IMG/VR virus record: IMGVR_UViG_3300037507_003964
Direction: 5' to 3' (one strand)
Source of the DNA: an uncultured virus (IMG/VR IMGVR_UViG_3300037507_003964)
Lineage: Duplodnaviria > Heunggongvirae > Uroviricota > Caudoviricetes
DNA length: 55,863 bases
The notes below the pieces were generated by a model. The model was not told where the DNA came from, ran no database searches, and saw only the letters and a list, made by a program, of their open reading frames with translations. The translations under genes were made by a program, and so were the position numbers. This document shows positions 16,285-24,015 of the stretch, piece by piece. Position 1 is the first letter of the stretch. Each line of letters opens with the position of its first letter.

Positions 16285-16361
16285 TGGTGCCCCAGGCGAG
16301 ACTCGAACTCGCAAAATTTGGCTTCTAAGACCAACACGTATACCTATTCCGTCACCGGGGC
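16285..16361 (-). tRNA. tRNA-Leu(TAG), short variable arm
   Basis: GCCCCGG/CTGGGGC acceptor, TTGGT-CTTAGAA-GCCAA, CCA. Confidence 0.85.
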
Positions 16362-16366
16362 GATAA

Positions 16367-16380
16367 TTTTTTAAAGAACG
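16367..16380 (-). promoter_or_regulatory. boxA-like antitermination element
   Basis: CGTTCTTTAAAAA just before tRNA-Leu; resembles rrn/lambda boxA (TGCTCTTTAACA). Confidence 0.45.
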
Positions 16381-16470
16381 TGCTATGGGCCCCACCTCGC
16401 CTCATAGCATGGCGTCCATCTGACCAACGCCTTTCCCTTGCCTCATGCGTCAGAGTTGACTAACGACTTA
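16381..16470 (-). ncRNA. small structured element with potential pseudoknot
   Basis: Stems TGCTATG/CATAGCA and GGCGT/ACGCC; loop GTCAGA complementary to upstream TCTGAC. Confidence 0.4.
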
Positions 16471-16487
16471 TAGAGGACTTTAGATAT

Positions 16488-16582
16488 TGGTAGTAGGTAA
16501 AGGATTCGAACCCTTCCGTTCCAGCCCATCTAGCCAGTCTCCAGCGCTTATAAGGCGCCGCCGCACACCAGTGCTACCTACC
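16488..16582 (-). tRNA. atypical tRNA(-like) with TAT anticodon (Ile AUA)
   Basis: GGTAGGT/ACCTACT acceptor, GGCGC-CTTATAA-GCGCT arm, AAGGG-TTCGAAT-CCTTT T-arm, reduced D-arm, long variable region, CCA. Confidence 0.65.
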
Positions 16583-16602
16583 AATCAATCATTCATGTGA
16601 AC

Positions 16603-16653
16603 ATTATATATACGACTTTAGTAGTTGTCAACTGGTGTTGCAAAAATACAACA
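16603..16653 (-). promoter_or_regulatory. sigma70 promoter TTGACA-N17-TATAAT with TGTTG-N8-CAACA box
   Basis: attata 16603-08, tgtcaa 16626-31, box 16636-16653. Confidence 0.85.
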
Positions 16654-16655
16654 TC

Positions 16656-16746
16656 TGGCGGAAGCGGGGAGAGTCGAACTCCCAAGGCGCTATTAACACT
16701 CAACTGTTTTCAAGACAGGTACCGTCGCCAATCGGTTTGCGCTTCC
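16656..16746 (-). tRNA. tRNA-Ser(TGA)
   Basis: GGAAGCG/CGCTTCC acceptor, CTGT-CTTGAAA-ACAG, long variable arm, CCA. Confidence 0.9.
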
Positions 16747-16754
16747 AAGAAACA

Positions 16755-16790
16755 ATCATACAAAAAAAAATTGGGGGCTGTCAAGCCCCC
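16755..16790 (-). terminator. intrinsic terminator whose loop carries a TTGACA -35 box
   Basis: GGGGGCTTGACAGCCCCC-AA-T9; TATGAT 18 nt after TTGACA. Confidence 0.75.
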
Positions 16791-16810
16791 TGGTATACTT
16801 TTTGGCTTGA

Positions 16811-17368
16811 TTAAAATAAACTTTCTTTGCGATTAAAATACGTAATGGGCCTTACATAACTAAAATGTTCTACTGCTTCGCTGAATTCAAAGGATCGATG
16901 ACCTCGCATTGCTGTATGAAATTCACCTGCTCGATTGGCATGAAACTTTCCTACATCATGCACCTCTCCCATTCCGGGCCAACCACCCTCCCGTGTCCCA
17001 TGCAACTTAGCGTTCTCTTCAGTTGCAGATTTATGAAGAACAGAATCTTGTCCATACTTCTGCCCATGCTGTTTTAGAAAAGATAGCAATTGTCCTTTGT
17101 CATCACCTTTCTTACCTACAACCAAATCCTCATCTACTGCTCTAGCTTTATCTGTACCATGATTTTCAATGTATCGACCTTTAACTTTTACAAACCCATA
17201 CCCCGCACCTCGAATACTTTTCTCTAGCTCCTTATTGCGAGATGAGTTCTCTTTTGCAGTATTCTCACCTCGATGAGCAGTAATCATTCCAATGTTTCTG
17301 TTCTGAACGTGTGAATGTACTCTGCTGAGACTAGCTTCTTGCAAGAAATCTTTAAAGGTGGTAGACAT
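16811..17368 (-). CDS. late protein with capsid-targeting-like N-terminus
   Basis: MSTTFKDFLQE leader; GATAAATA at 17390-17397; ATAGAAA/TTTCTAT hairpin over RBS. Confidence 0.8.
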   Translation of the reverse strand: MSTTFKDFLQEASLSRVHSHVQNRNIGMITAHRGENTAKENSSRNKELEKSIRGAGYGFVKVKGRYIENHGTDKARAVDEDLVVGKKGDDKGQLLSFLKQHGQKYGQDSVLHKSATEENAKLHGTREGGWPGMGEVHDVGKFHANRAGEFHTAMRGHRSFEFSEAVEHFSYVRPITYFNRKESLF

Positions 17369-17420
17369 AGAAATCCTTTTGTTTTTCTATATTTATCAAA
17401 ATCACAAATACATTGTGCAA

Positions 17421-17450
17421 ATAAAAACGGGAGCTGTCAAGCCCCCGTTT
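17421..17450 (-). terminator. intrinsic terminator after hsp20, TTGACA in loop
   Basis: AAACGGGGGC-TTGACA-GCTCCCGTTTTTAT. Confidence 0.75.
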
Positions 17451-17465
17451 GAACTTTTTTGACTT

Positions 17466-17963
17466 TTATTCTGTCAAAAGCTGCTTGGGGGCAGCGGGTT
17501 CTTTTTTACTTGTACCTGACTCTTTGACTTCTATCTTCTTGGGCTTCTTGTGCTCAGGAATGATCATATCAAGCCAGATTCGTAGCATGCCGTTGAACAT
17601 CTCTGCATCCTTGACTTCTAGATTGTCATTAAGAAGGAAGGTGCGAGTGAAGTTACGATTGGCGATGCCTTTATAGATCCAGTTGTCAATCTCAGCATCT
17701 TCCTTTGATATTCCCTTGACAATTAACTTACCTTCAGCAAGTTCAATATCAATTTCGGATTTTCCGAAACCTGCTACAGCCATCTCGATGATGTAGCGAT
17801 CCTCAGAAACTTTCTTGATATTGTAGGGAGGATAGTTGGGGATGCCTTTGGTGAGGTCATCATGCATCTTTGCCATACGGTTGTATTGGTCATCGAACCC
17901 AACGAAATACTTGTCGAAATCTTTGAACATATCGCGTCCAAACACATCTTTTAGAAATGTCAT
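17466..17963 (-). CDS. hsp20: small heat shock protein (Hsp20/IbpA-like)
   Basis: NYPPYNI, EMAVAGF, YKGIANRNFTRTF, NGMLRI, IPEHKKPKKIEV; start at MTFLKD. Confidence 0.95.
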   Translation of the reverse strand: MTFLKDVFGRDMFKDFDKYFVGFDDQYNRMAKMHDDLTKGIPNYPPYNIKKVSEDRYIIEMAVAGFGKSEIDIELAEGKLIVKGISKEDAEIDNWIYKGIANRNFTRTFLLNDNLEVKDAEMFNGMLRIWLDMIIPEHKKPKKIEVKESGTSKKEPAAPKQLLTE

Positions 17964-17969
17964 GTTAGT

Positions 17970-17985
17970 CTCCTTTTTAAGCAAG
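17970..17985 (-). promoter_or_regulatory. ROSE-like RBS hairpin upstream of hsp20
   Basis: CUUGCU-UAAAA-AGGAG: U(U/C)GCU anti-SD with bulged G. Confidence 0.6.
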
Positions 17986-17986
17986 A

Positions 17987-18136
17987 TTAAACTCGGAAAT
18001 ACTCATCTTTGTGGCAACCACATTCAGGACAAAGCCAGAATTGTGGAAGGTCTTCCCACTTAACTGCTTCTTTAGCTTCATCATACTCATGCCCACAAAC
18101 TTCGCATACATATGCGTTATATTTTGTTTCGCTCAT
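17987..18136 (-). CDS. rubredoxin (49 aa, not in ORF track)
   Basis: [49 protein letters not shown]: CxxCG...WxCPxCG; AAGGAG RBS. Confidence 0.9.
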   Translation of the reverse strand: MSETKYNAYVCEVCGHEYDEAKEAVKWEDLPQFWLCPECGCHKDEYFRV

Positions 18137-18142
18137 TGGTTT

Positions 18143-18232
18143 CTCCTTTTCAGCGAGTTGAATTGTCTTACCCTTTAGGCGTAAGAGGCAGATTTGACTA
18201 GGATGCCAGCCTAGATCCCATCCCGAGGATAT
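18143..18232 (-). promoter_or_regulatory. multi-hairpin ROSE-like leader
   Basis: Three hairpins (ATCC/GGAT, CTAGG/CCTAG, TCTTAC/GTAAGA) then CUCGCU-GAAA-AGGAG. Confidence 0.55.
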
Positions 18233-18237
18233 TTTAT

Positions 18238-18669
18238 TTATGCAGTTTTGTTAGATTTTTTGCCTAGATTGTACTTAGTTTGAATGTTCCATTCACCTTT
18301 TTCTTTGAAGGATAGCACTTTGACTTGTGATAGAGGTGCCATATCACTATGACGATCTTGGTTCAGAATGCTTACTAAGCCCCAGTCCTGCAGCAGCTTA
18401 GCAATCACATTTCTGCGTTGAAGATCGTTGTCAGTGATATCAGCAAACTTTCCATCAAGGGCAAACAGTTCTTTGAAGTGAACAATAAAGTACCTGCCCT
18501 GCTTGTGCAGGATATGGCAAGATTGGTAGAGCGTTTTGTCTCTCTTGGAAGCAACTCCGATTCGTGACAGAGTTTCTTTGACTTTCAGAAAGTCGTCTGC
18601 TTCCTTTAGTGTGATCTCAAGCGGGGAGTACCCCACCAGATCAATATTGAATGAAATGTCATCAGCCAT
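18238..18669 (-). CDS. regA: RegA translational repressor
   Basis: [17 protein letters not shown]...[27 protein letters not shown]. Confidence 0.97.
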   Translation of the reverse strand: MADDISFNIDLVGYSPLEITLKEADDFLKVKETLSRIGVASKRDKTLYQSCHILHKQGRYFIVHFKELFALDGKFADITDNDLQRRNVIAKLLQDWGLVSILNQDRHSDMAPLSQVKVLSFKEKGEWNIQTKYNLGKKSNKTA

Positions 18670-19075
18670 CTTTCAATCCACCTTTTTTTAATTTTTGTTT
18701 TAATGTATTGATCTGCTCCTGCGAAAGGATGGTGACACATTCTTGGGCTTTAGATGTGCTGTACCCATAGTATTGTTTCACAACATCAATCGCTTCTAGC
18801 TTTTCAGCTTTAAGCCACTTATTATAACGCTTCTTGCGCTTGATAAGAAGGCGAAGAAAATCAAACTGTAATTTCTTGTCAAGATGGGTGCGTGAGTTCA
18901 TTTCATTGGCCTGAATCACAGTATCAGCCCCGTAACTTAACGCTTTATTTATAATAAACGGGTTGTACTGCTTTTCTGACCACTCATCTACAATCAGATC
19001 CTCCTTAGTGTCGTTGATTGCATTTACAAAGTCAAAGGGGGAAATCGAGGGAAGGCCTTCTTTCTCCTTGCTCAT
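18662..19075 (-). CDS. gp62: clamp loader small subunit gp62
   Basis: YNPFIINKALS...ANEMN...LQFDF...VKQYYGYS; synteny. Confidence 0.92.
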   Translation of the reverse strand: MSKEKEGLPSISPFDFVNAINDTKEDLIVDEWSEKQYNPFIINKALSYGADTVIQANEMNSRTHLDKKLQFDFLRLLIKRKKRYNKWLKAEKLEAIDVVKQYYGYSTSKAQECVTILSQEQINTLKQKLKKGGLKDG

Positions 19076-20013
19076 TTGAAGGAAACCGACGCCATGATTT
19101 CTGTGAGACATGCAACTAGATTGATCTCTTGATCTGCACAGAAAGCTGACTTGTAGCCATAGTCAGCCAGAATCAACACCAGTTGTGGAACTTCAACTAC
19201 CTTGTTGGAGAAGTCATCATAGACCTTGCGAAAGATCACCTGTGGATCGTTGTCGATGTTGTTCACAACCCACTTACGCATCTTCTGCCAGTCCTTCGCC
19301 TTCATTGCATCTGAAAGTTCAGCTGTGCTAACATCTCCAACTTTTGCGAGGATACCTTCATCAATCTTACCGCTTGAAGAATATCTTTGCAGTTCGTTGA
19401 TGATCCTGCGATAGTCAGGAAAGAACTTTAGAAGAAGTGAAGCGATGACTTTCTCGTCAAACTCAATCCCCTCTCTTTCAAGAATGAACTGAATTCGCTT
19501 CATAAACTTACCAGCAATCTTTGGTTTTTCTTCCTTGCTATACTTGAACTCAATGACTGCACACCGAGAATGCAATGCAGGGATGATTCGATTCTTGTAG
19601 TTGCAAGTCAGAATGAATCGACAGTTGGTAGAGAACTCTTCCATGAACCTACGCAAGGCAGGTTGAGTAGAGTTAGGATTCAGATAATCCGCCTCATCAA
19701 GAATGACAACTTTCGTCTTTCCTGAGAAGGAAACCGTCGAGGCGAACTGCTTGATAGTGGTCCTAAGAACATCGATACCCGATTCTTCCGAACCATTGAT
19801 GATGATGTAGTCAGTTCCCAACTCCTCACAGATTGCTCGAGCAACAGTTGTCTTTCCCATGCCTGCGCCACCGCACAGAAGCATGTTCTGAATCTCCCCC
19901 TTATCAACCGACTCTTGAAACACCGCTCGCTGCTCTGCAGGAAGAATGCAATCATCCAGTTTGCGAGGACGATAGCGTTCAACCCACAGAAACTCATTGT
20001 CACGAACTTGCAT
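19072..20013 (-). CDS. gp44: clamp loader AAA+ subunit gp44
   Basis: LWVERYRP, GGAGMGKTT, ILDEAD, HSRC. Confidence 0.96.
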   Translation of the reverse strand: MQVRDNEFLWVERYRPRKLDDCILPAEQRAVFQESVDKGEIQNMLLCGGAGMGKTTVARAICEELGTDYIIINGSEESGIDVLRTTIKQFASTVSFSGKTKVVILDEADYLNPNSTQPALRRFMEEFSTNCRFILTCNYKNRIIPALHSRCAVIEFKYSKEEKPKIAGKFMKRIQFILEREGIEFDEKVIASLLLKFFPDYRRIINELQRYSSSGKIDEGILAKVGDVSTAELSDAMKAKDWQKMRKWVVNNIDNDPQVIFRKVYDDFSNKVVEVPQLVLILADYGYKSAFCADQEINLVACLTEIMASVSFK

Positions 20014-20028
20014 AATATAAGACTCCAA

Positions 20029-20685
20029 TTAGATTGTCGAACCAGGTTCCATCGCAATCAGATAAGTCATCGTTCCTGCAGCATTCTTGAACTGACAGAA
20101 CATCTTCTTAGAAATGATGCACTCATAAGCGTCGGGAACCAACTTGAAGTTTTCAGAGGAAAGGTTGCATTCAAACTCGAGTTCAGTTTCGCCAATCGTC
20201 TTGTTGAAACTATTTGCCGACTCATTCTTCCGATCACCAATCTTCATTGTAACCCAACCCTTCTTGGCAATCAATGAGATTGTAGGAGCAGAAAGTAGAC
20301 CTGCCGTCTTGATGATAGTTTGAACATCCTTGGCAGTTAGATTGAACTTGAAGTGTTCTTCTACTTCAATGTTCTTGGTGGGAGCAGCAACAATAAGTGA
20401 TGGTTCGCAGTAGAAGTATTCGAACTTGCCTACATCGTTAGTGATGCTAAGGCTCTTCTCGCCAAACTCAACCTCTTGATTGTCGCCAAAGGTCAGAAGT
20501 TGTAGCAGAGAGTTCAGGTCATAGATAGCAACTTCACGCGGAAAGGTCTCCGCGACTGATGCCCGAGCGAATACTGATTTGGGGGTCGAGATCGTTGAAA
20601 TACTCTGGCCCTCCCGAAAGAGAAGATTCGAGTTGATCGTAGCGAAATTCTTGAGGATGTTGATTGTTTCTTGCGAGATTTTCAT
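20029..20685 (-). CDS. gp45: sliding clamp gp45
   Basis: MKISQETINILKNFATINS...AIYDL; synteny. Confidence 0.95.
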   Translation of the reverse strand: MKISQETINILKNFATINSNLLFREGQSISTISTPKSVFARASVAETFPREVAIYDLNSLLQLLTFGDNQEVEFGEKSLSITNDVGKFEYFYCEPSLIVAAPTKNIEVEEHFKFNLTAKDVQTIIKTAGLLSAPTISLIAKKGWVTMKIGDRKNESANSFNKTIGETELEFECNLSSENFKLVPDAYECIISKKMFCQFKNAAGTMTYLIAMEPGSTI

Positions 20686-20992
20686 AATCTAGTTTCTCCT
20701 GTTGGGTTTCAAGGTCATGGGTGTAAAGCATAATCATCGCATAATGAAGAATCTTCATAATGTCCTTACGACTACGACCATCCTTCTTCCCATAACGCTG
20801 TGCGTATTTTATAACATTGCCACGGGTAAACGCAATACCATCACCGTTACTAATGATGAACTCAGTTGTCTGAATATCACCTTGGGCATAGTGTTGACTG
20901 TAGGTTGAATTTATATACTGAAGAAGTTGTTTGATTAGTTCTTCTTCATTGTACTTGTATTGCAGGGGCTTGCCAGGGTAGCTTTCCATCAT
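20534..20992 (-). CDS. DUF3310-like protein (putative nucleotide kinase family)
   Basis: TYSQHY...GNVIKYAQRYGKKDG...DIMKILHYA; tail overlaps gp45. Confidence 0.7.
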   Translation of the reverse strand: MMESYPGKPLQYKYNEEELIKQLLQYINSTYSQHYAQGDIQTTEFIISNGDGIAFTRGNVIKYAQRYGKKDGRSRKDIMKILHYAMIMLYTHDLETQQEKLDYENLARNNQHPQEFRYDQLESSLSGGPEYFNDLDPQISIRSGISRGDLSA

Positions 20993-21683
20993 ATACTTTC
21001 CTCATTTGTTCATTGCCTCTTAAAAAGAATTCAGGTTTGACTGAATCCACTCGATTGCCTGCTCGATAGTTGACCGTGTACTGCCCGGTAACACAGCACT
21101 CAATGTTATTATGTTTTAGGACTGTTGTCAATGCCCTATCAACTTCTGGTTGATCTTCTGGATGCCTTGCCCTACGATACCATAAAGGTGTTAGTTGTAG
21201 TGCAAGTTTCTTAGGAAGAAAGAAACAGTTCACATCTACAAAGTAGTCATTGATAATCGACTTCCAGTTGCCAAGACTCTCACAATCATCATTGCAGATA
21301 AAGTTTCCTTCCATGTCTGTGATCTTGCGAAGGGAACACCCAAAAGCATTGGGTTTGTCTTTCAAACGATTGATTAAACTTTGCACATGGTTGGGTTCAA
21401 TCCAGTTGTCCTCATCCAGGTAGATGATGTAGTCGCCTTTTGCAATATAGGTCATAGCCCCATATATCCTGTGACCATTGTACTGCTCGGTGCCAGTCGC
21501 ATATGGAAGTGTGACTACATCTGCAGCGATATCATAATCTAACTTATCATGATGATGTTTTCCATCTATGACTACTAGATGCTGGACATTGGGATAGGTT
21601 TGTGCTAAAACTGAGTTAATGTTTTGGCGTAGATAAGGGGTGCAAGTGGTTGCTGTGATGATAGTTACGAGAGGGGTTGTCAT
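20946..21683 (-). CDS. GT2-like glycosyltransferase
   Basis: LVTIIT...SVLAQTY...GDYIIYLDEDN. Confidence 0.85.
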   Translation of the reverse strand: MTTPLVTIITATTCTPYLRQNINSVLAQTYPNVQHLVVIDGKHHHDKLDYDIAADVVTLPYATGTEQYNGHRIYGAMTYIAKGDYIIYLDEDNWIEPNHVQSLINRLKDKPNAFGCSLRKITDMEGNFICNDDCESLGNWKSIINDYFVDVNCFFLPKKLALQLTPLWYRRARHPEDQPEVDRALTTVLKHNNIECCVTGQYTVNYRAGNRVDSVKPEFFLRGNEQMRKVYDGKLPWQAPAIQVQ

Positions 21684-22369
21684 ATCACACCTTTATCAAA
21701 TCTGAAACAGTTATCTAAATTTGTTTGATCAAATCCTTTCAAGGCAGCAATAGATGGTGGATAGAGAGGCATGTCGAACTCATCAAATCCGTTTCCGCAA
21801 AATGAGTAAGGATTTTTAAGTTGGTTCCTTGTTTCTGCAAACCAACCCTCATGCATTGAATGAACCATACAGTTGTCCTTTACTGTAGGCCAAACAAAGT
21901 CACGCAGATAAACTTGATCATTTGTGTAATAATTTGTTTTTGATGCGAACTGATGCATTATGTTATGAAGAAAGGCAGATAACTTTCCCTTGTACCCAAA
22001 AGCACAAGCGATCACGGGAAACTCAAAGTGTGCCTCATGATCTCTATATACATGAAAGGTGTTAGAAGAGGTAACCCATTCGTTAACTGCCATCATTTCT
22101 CTAAAGGTAATCCTTCCATCAGAATCTCTAACTATAACCAAGTTATCGTCATTTTCAAATAATGGTTCAAACCTCCAAAAGACACCATGTGACCCATCTT
22201 TGACTTCGATGATATTTGCATCGGGCATATGATAGTTAGATTTGTTATCTACATAAGCTCTAAATTCCCAATCTTTGTAGAACTGTTTTGAAAGTTCGTA
22301 CTGCCTATGCATTCCTGTAATATACCTAGGATTCGCTCCATACGCACTCACTGAAACAATCTTGTTCAT
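21680..22369 (-). CDS. glycan-cluster hypothetical protein (possible transferase, RDSD motif)
   Basis: FWRF...IVRDSDGR...DQVYL; operon context. Confidence 0.6.
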   Translation of the reverse strand: MNKIVSVSAYGANPRYITGMHRQYELSKQFYKDWEFRAYVDNKSNYHMPDANIIEVKDGSHGVFWRFEPLFENDDNLVIVRDSDGRITFREMMAVNEWVTSSNTFHVYRDHEAHFEFPVIACAFGYKGKLSAFLHNIMHQFASKTNYYTNDQVYLRDFVWPTVKDNCMVHSMHEGWFAETRNQLKNPYSFCGNGFDEFDMPLYPPSIAALKGFDQTNLDNCFRFDKGVI

Positions 22370-23067
22370 TTTTCCCACTCGACCATATAGTCGCTTTGTT
22401 GAATATTTTTGTGATTGAAAAATTCAGTTGCTCGAACTGTTCTTACCATAACATAAAGTGGATTAGGATGTTGTATATCATGTCGCCCCCCTTTCTCGGG
22501 AGGAGAAATTTTGTATGTCCAGTTAGGGTTGGTTGTATCACCTAAGAACACCTCAGTATCTTTGTACCCATTTTTTTCAGAGTAAAGAGAAAAGAATAGT
22601 TCAGGTGACATTTGCCAAAACCCATGACCACATTGATTGTTTGCAGGTAACAGGTGTAAAATTTGACCCCCCACTTTACACATCTTTGATAGATTTTTAA
22701 AAGCCTGAGGAATGTTGTATATGTGTTCTAATGAACCCCCATCAAAGATAGTATCGTATGATTCGAAATAATTTTCGATAGGTATGTTTAGATCATGTAA
22801 AACAGTCGCACCTTCATACGAAGATACATCCATAGAGTCAACATAATCAGCTCCCAAATGTTCTATGAGAATATTTTCTGCGAATTCAGATGTATTCATA
22901 TAGTTAGGATCTTCATTTGGTTTGTAAGAATGAGCGTTCAGAATAGCTTGGATTGCCCATTTTGGGGAATGGTTACCCTGTCTACCTATTGTCAAAGTTT
23001 TCTTAAAGGGGCCAAACTTATCATATGAAATGCGAAGAAGTTTCAGAGCCTGTATATCAATTCCCAT
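22366..23067 (-). CDS. SAM-dependent methyltransferase-like protein
   Basis: HDLN...YDTIFDGGSLEHIYN...CKVGG. Confidence 0.75.
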   Translation of the reverse strand: MGIDIQALKLLRISYDKFGPFKKTLTIGRQGNHSPKWAIQAILNAHSYKPNEDPNYMNTSEFAENILIEHLGADYVDSMDVSSYEGATVLHDLNIPIENYFESYDTIFDGGSLEHIYNIPQAFKNLSKMCKVGGQILHLLPANNQCGHGFWQMSPELFFSLYSEKNGYKDTEVFLGDTTNPNWTYKISPPEKGGRHDIQHPNPLYVMVRTVRATEFFNHKNIQQSDYMVEWEK

Positions 23068-23070
23068 GTT

Positions 23071-24015
23071 TCACCATATAAAGTTGTTTTTATACCAATT
23101 GCAAATAGCCACTAACTCATTGTCAAAATTAGCTTGAGGCACCCATCCTATTGATCTCAATGCAGTATCATCAATTGCATACCTAACATCCTGCCCAGGT
23201 CTTGTTTCAGTTAGATCAACATGTAAAAGAGAATCAACATCTCCTAAAATAAGTTTAATTATCTTTTGAGCAACCACTAAGTTTTTATTCTCGTAGTTTC
23301 CTGATACGTTAAAGATTCTATTCTTCTCTGAACTTTCAACAATAGTTATAACTGCGTTTGCAGTATCACTAACATGAAGCCAAGTTCTTTTGGGCATCCC
23401 TCTATCATGTAAAGTTATAGGCCTACCCAAATACAAGTTTTTACATGCCCTCGGAATGAACTTTTCAACATACTGCCCAATACCATAGTTGTTGGTGGGC
23501 CTAACAATTATATAGGGTATATTATAAGTCCTTGCCCATGCTAAAATCAACATGTCTGCCGCAGCTTTAGTTGCACTGTAAGGATTGCTAGGTTTAAGTA
23601 GGTCTGATTCTGTATGAAATCCCACTTCAATATCACCGTAAACCTCATCTGTGCTAAAGTGTAAAAGGGTGGGTCTACGTGAGATGGGTTTCTGTTTTAT
23701 AAGTTCAAGAAGGTTATGAACTCCATTGATATTGCTATCAAGGAAAACATCAGAGCTAACAATACTGTTGTCTACATGGGTTTCTGCTGCTGTATTGATA
23801 ATATAGTCACAGTCATATAGATGAGTAATGGTGTTAATGTCAACCTTTTCGAAAATAAATTTCTCGGACTGTTGTAGCTCAGAGAGAAATGATAAATTGG
23901 CGGCGTATGTCTGGCAATCAATTCCACGCACATGCCAACCTTGTCTAAGGCATGCTAAAGTTACATGGTATCCAATGAACCCAAGGCATCCTGTAACATA
24001 AACTATTTTAGACAT
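23071..24015 (-). CDS. rmlB: dTDP-glucose 4,6-dehydratase-like SDR
   Basis: TGCLGFIG, AAETHVDNSI, STDEVYG, PSNPYSATK, NNYG, RPGQDVRY. Confidence 0.85.
   Translation of the reverse strand: MSKIVYVTGCLGFIGYHVTLACLRQGWHVRGIDCQTYAANLSFLSELQQSEKFIFEKVDINTITHLYDCDYIINTAAETHVDNSIVSSDVFLDSNINGVHNLLELIKQKPISRRPTLLHFSTDEVYGDIEVGFHTESDLLKPSNPYSATKAAADMLILAWARTYNIPYIIVRPTNNYGIGQYVEKFIPRACKNLYLGRPITLHDRGMPKRTWLHVSDTANAVITIVESSEKNRIFNVSGNYENKNLVVAQKIIKLILGDVDSLLHVDLTETRPGQDVRYAIDDTALRSIGWVPQANFDNELVAICNWYKNNFIW

Noticed and set aside
16381..16487. Theta/HDV-like ribozyme 3' of a tRNA
   Set aside because: Could not build the nested P1-P2-P3-P1.1 topology by eye; no P3 hairpin. Kept only as an unassigned element.
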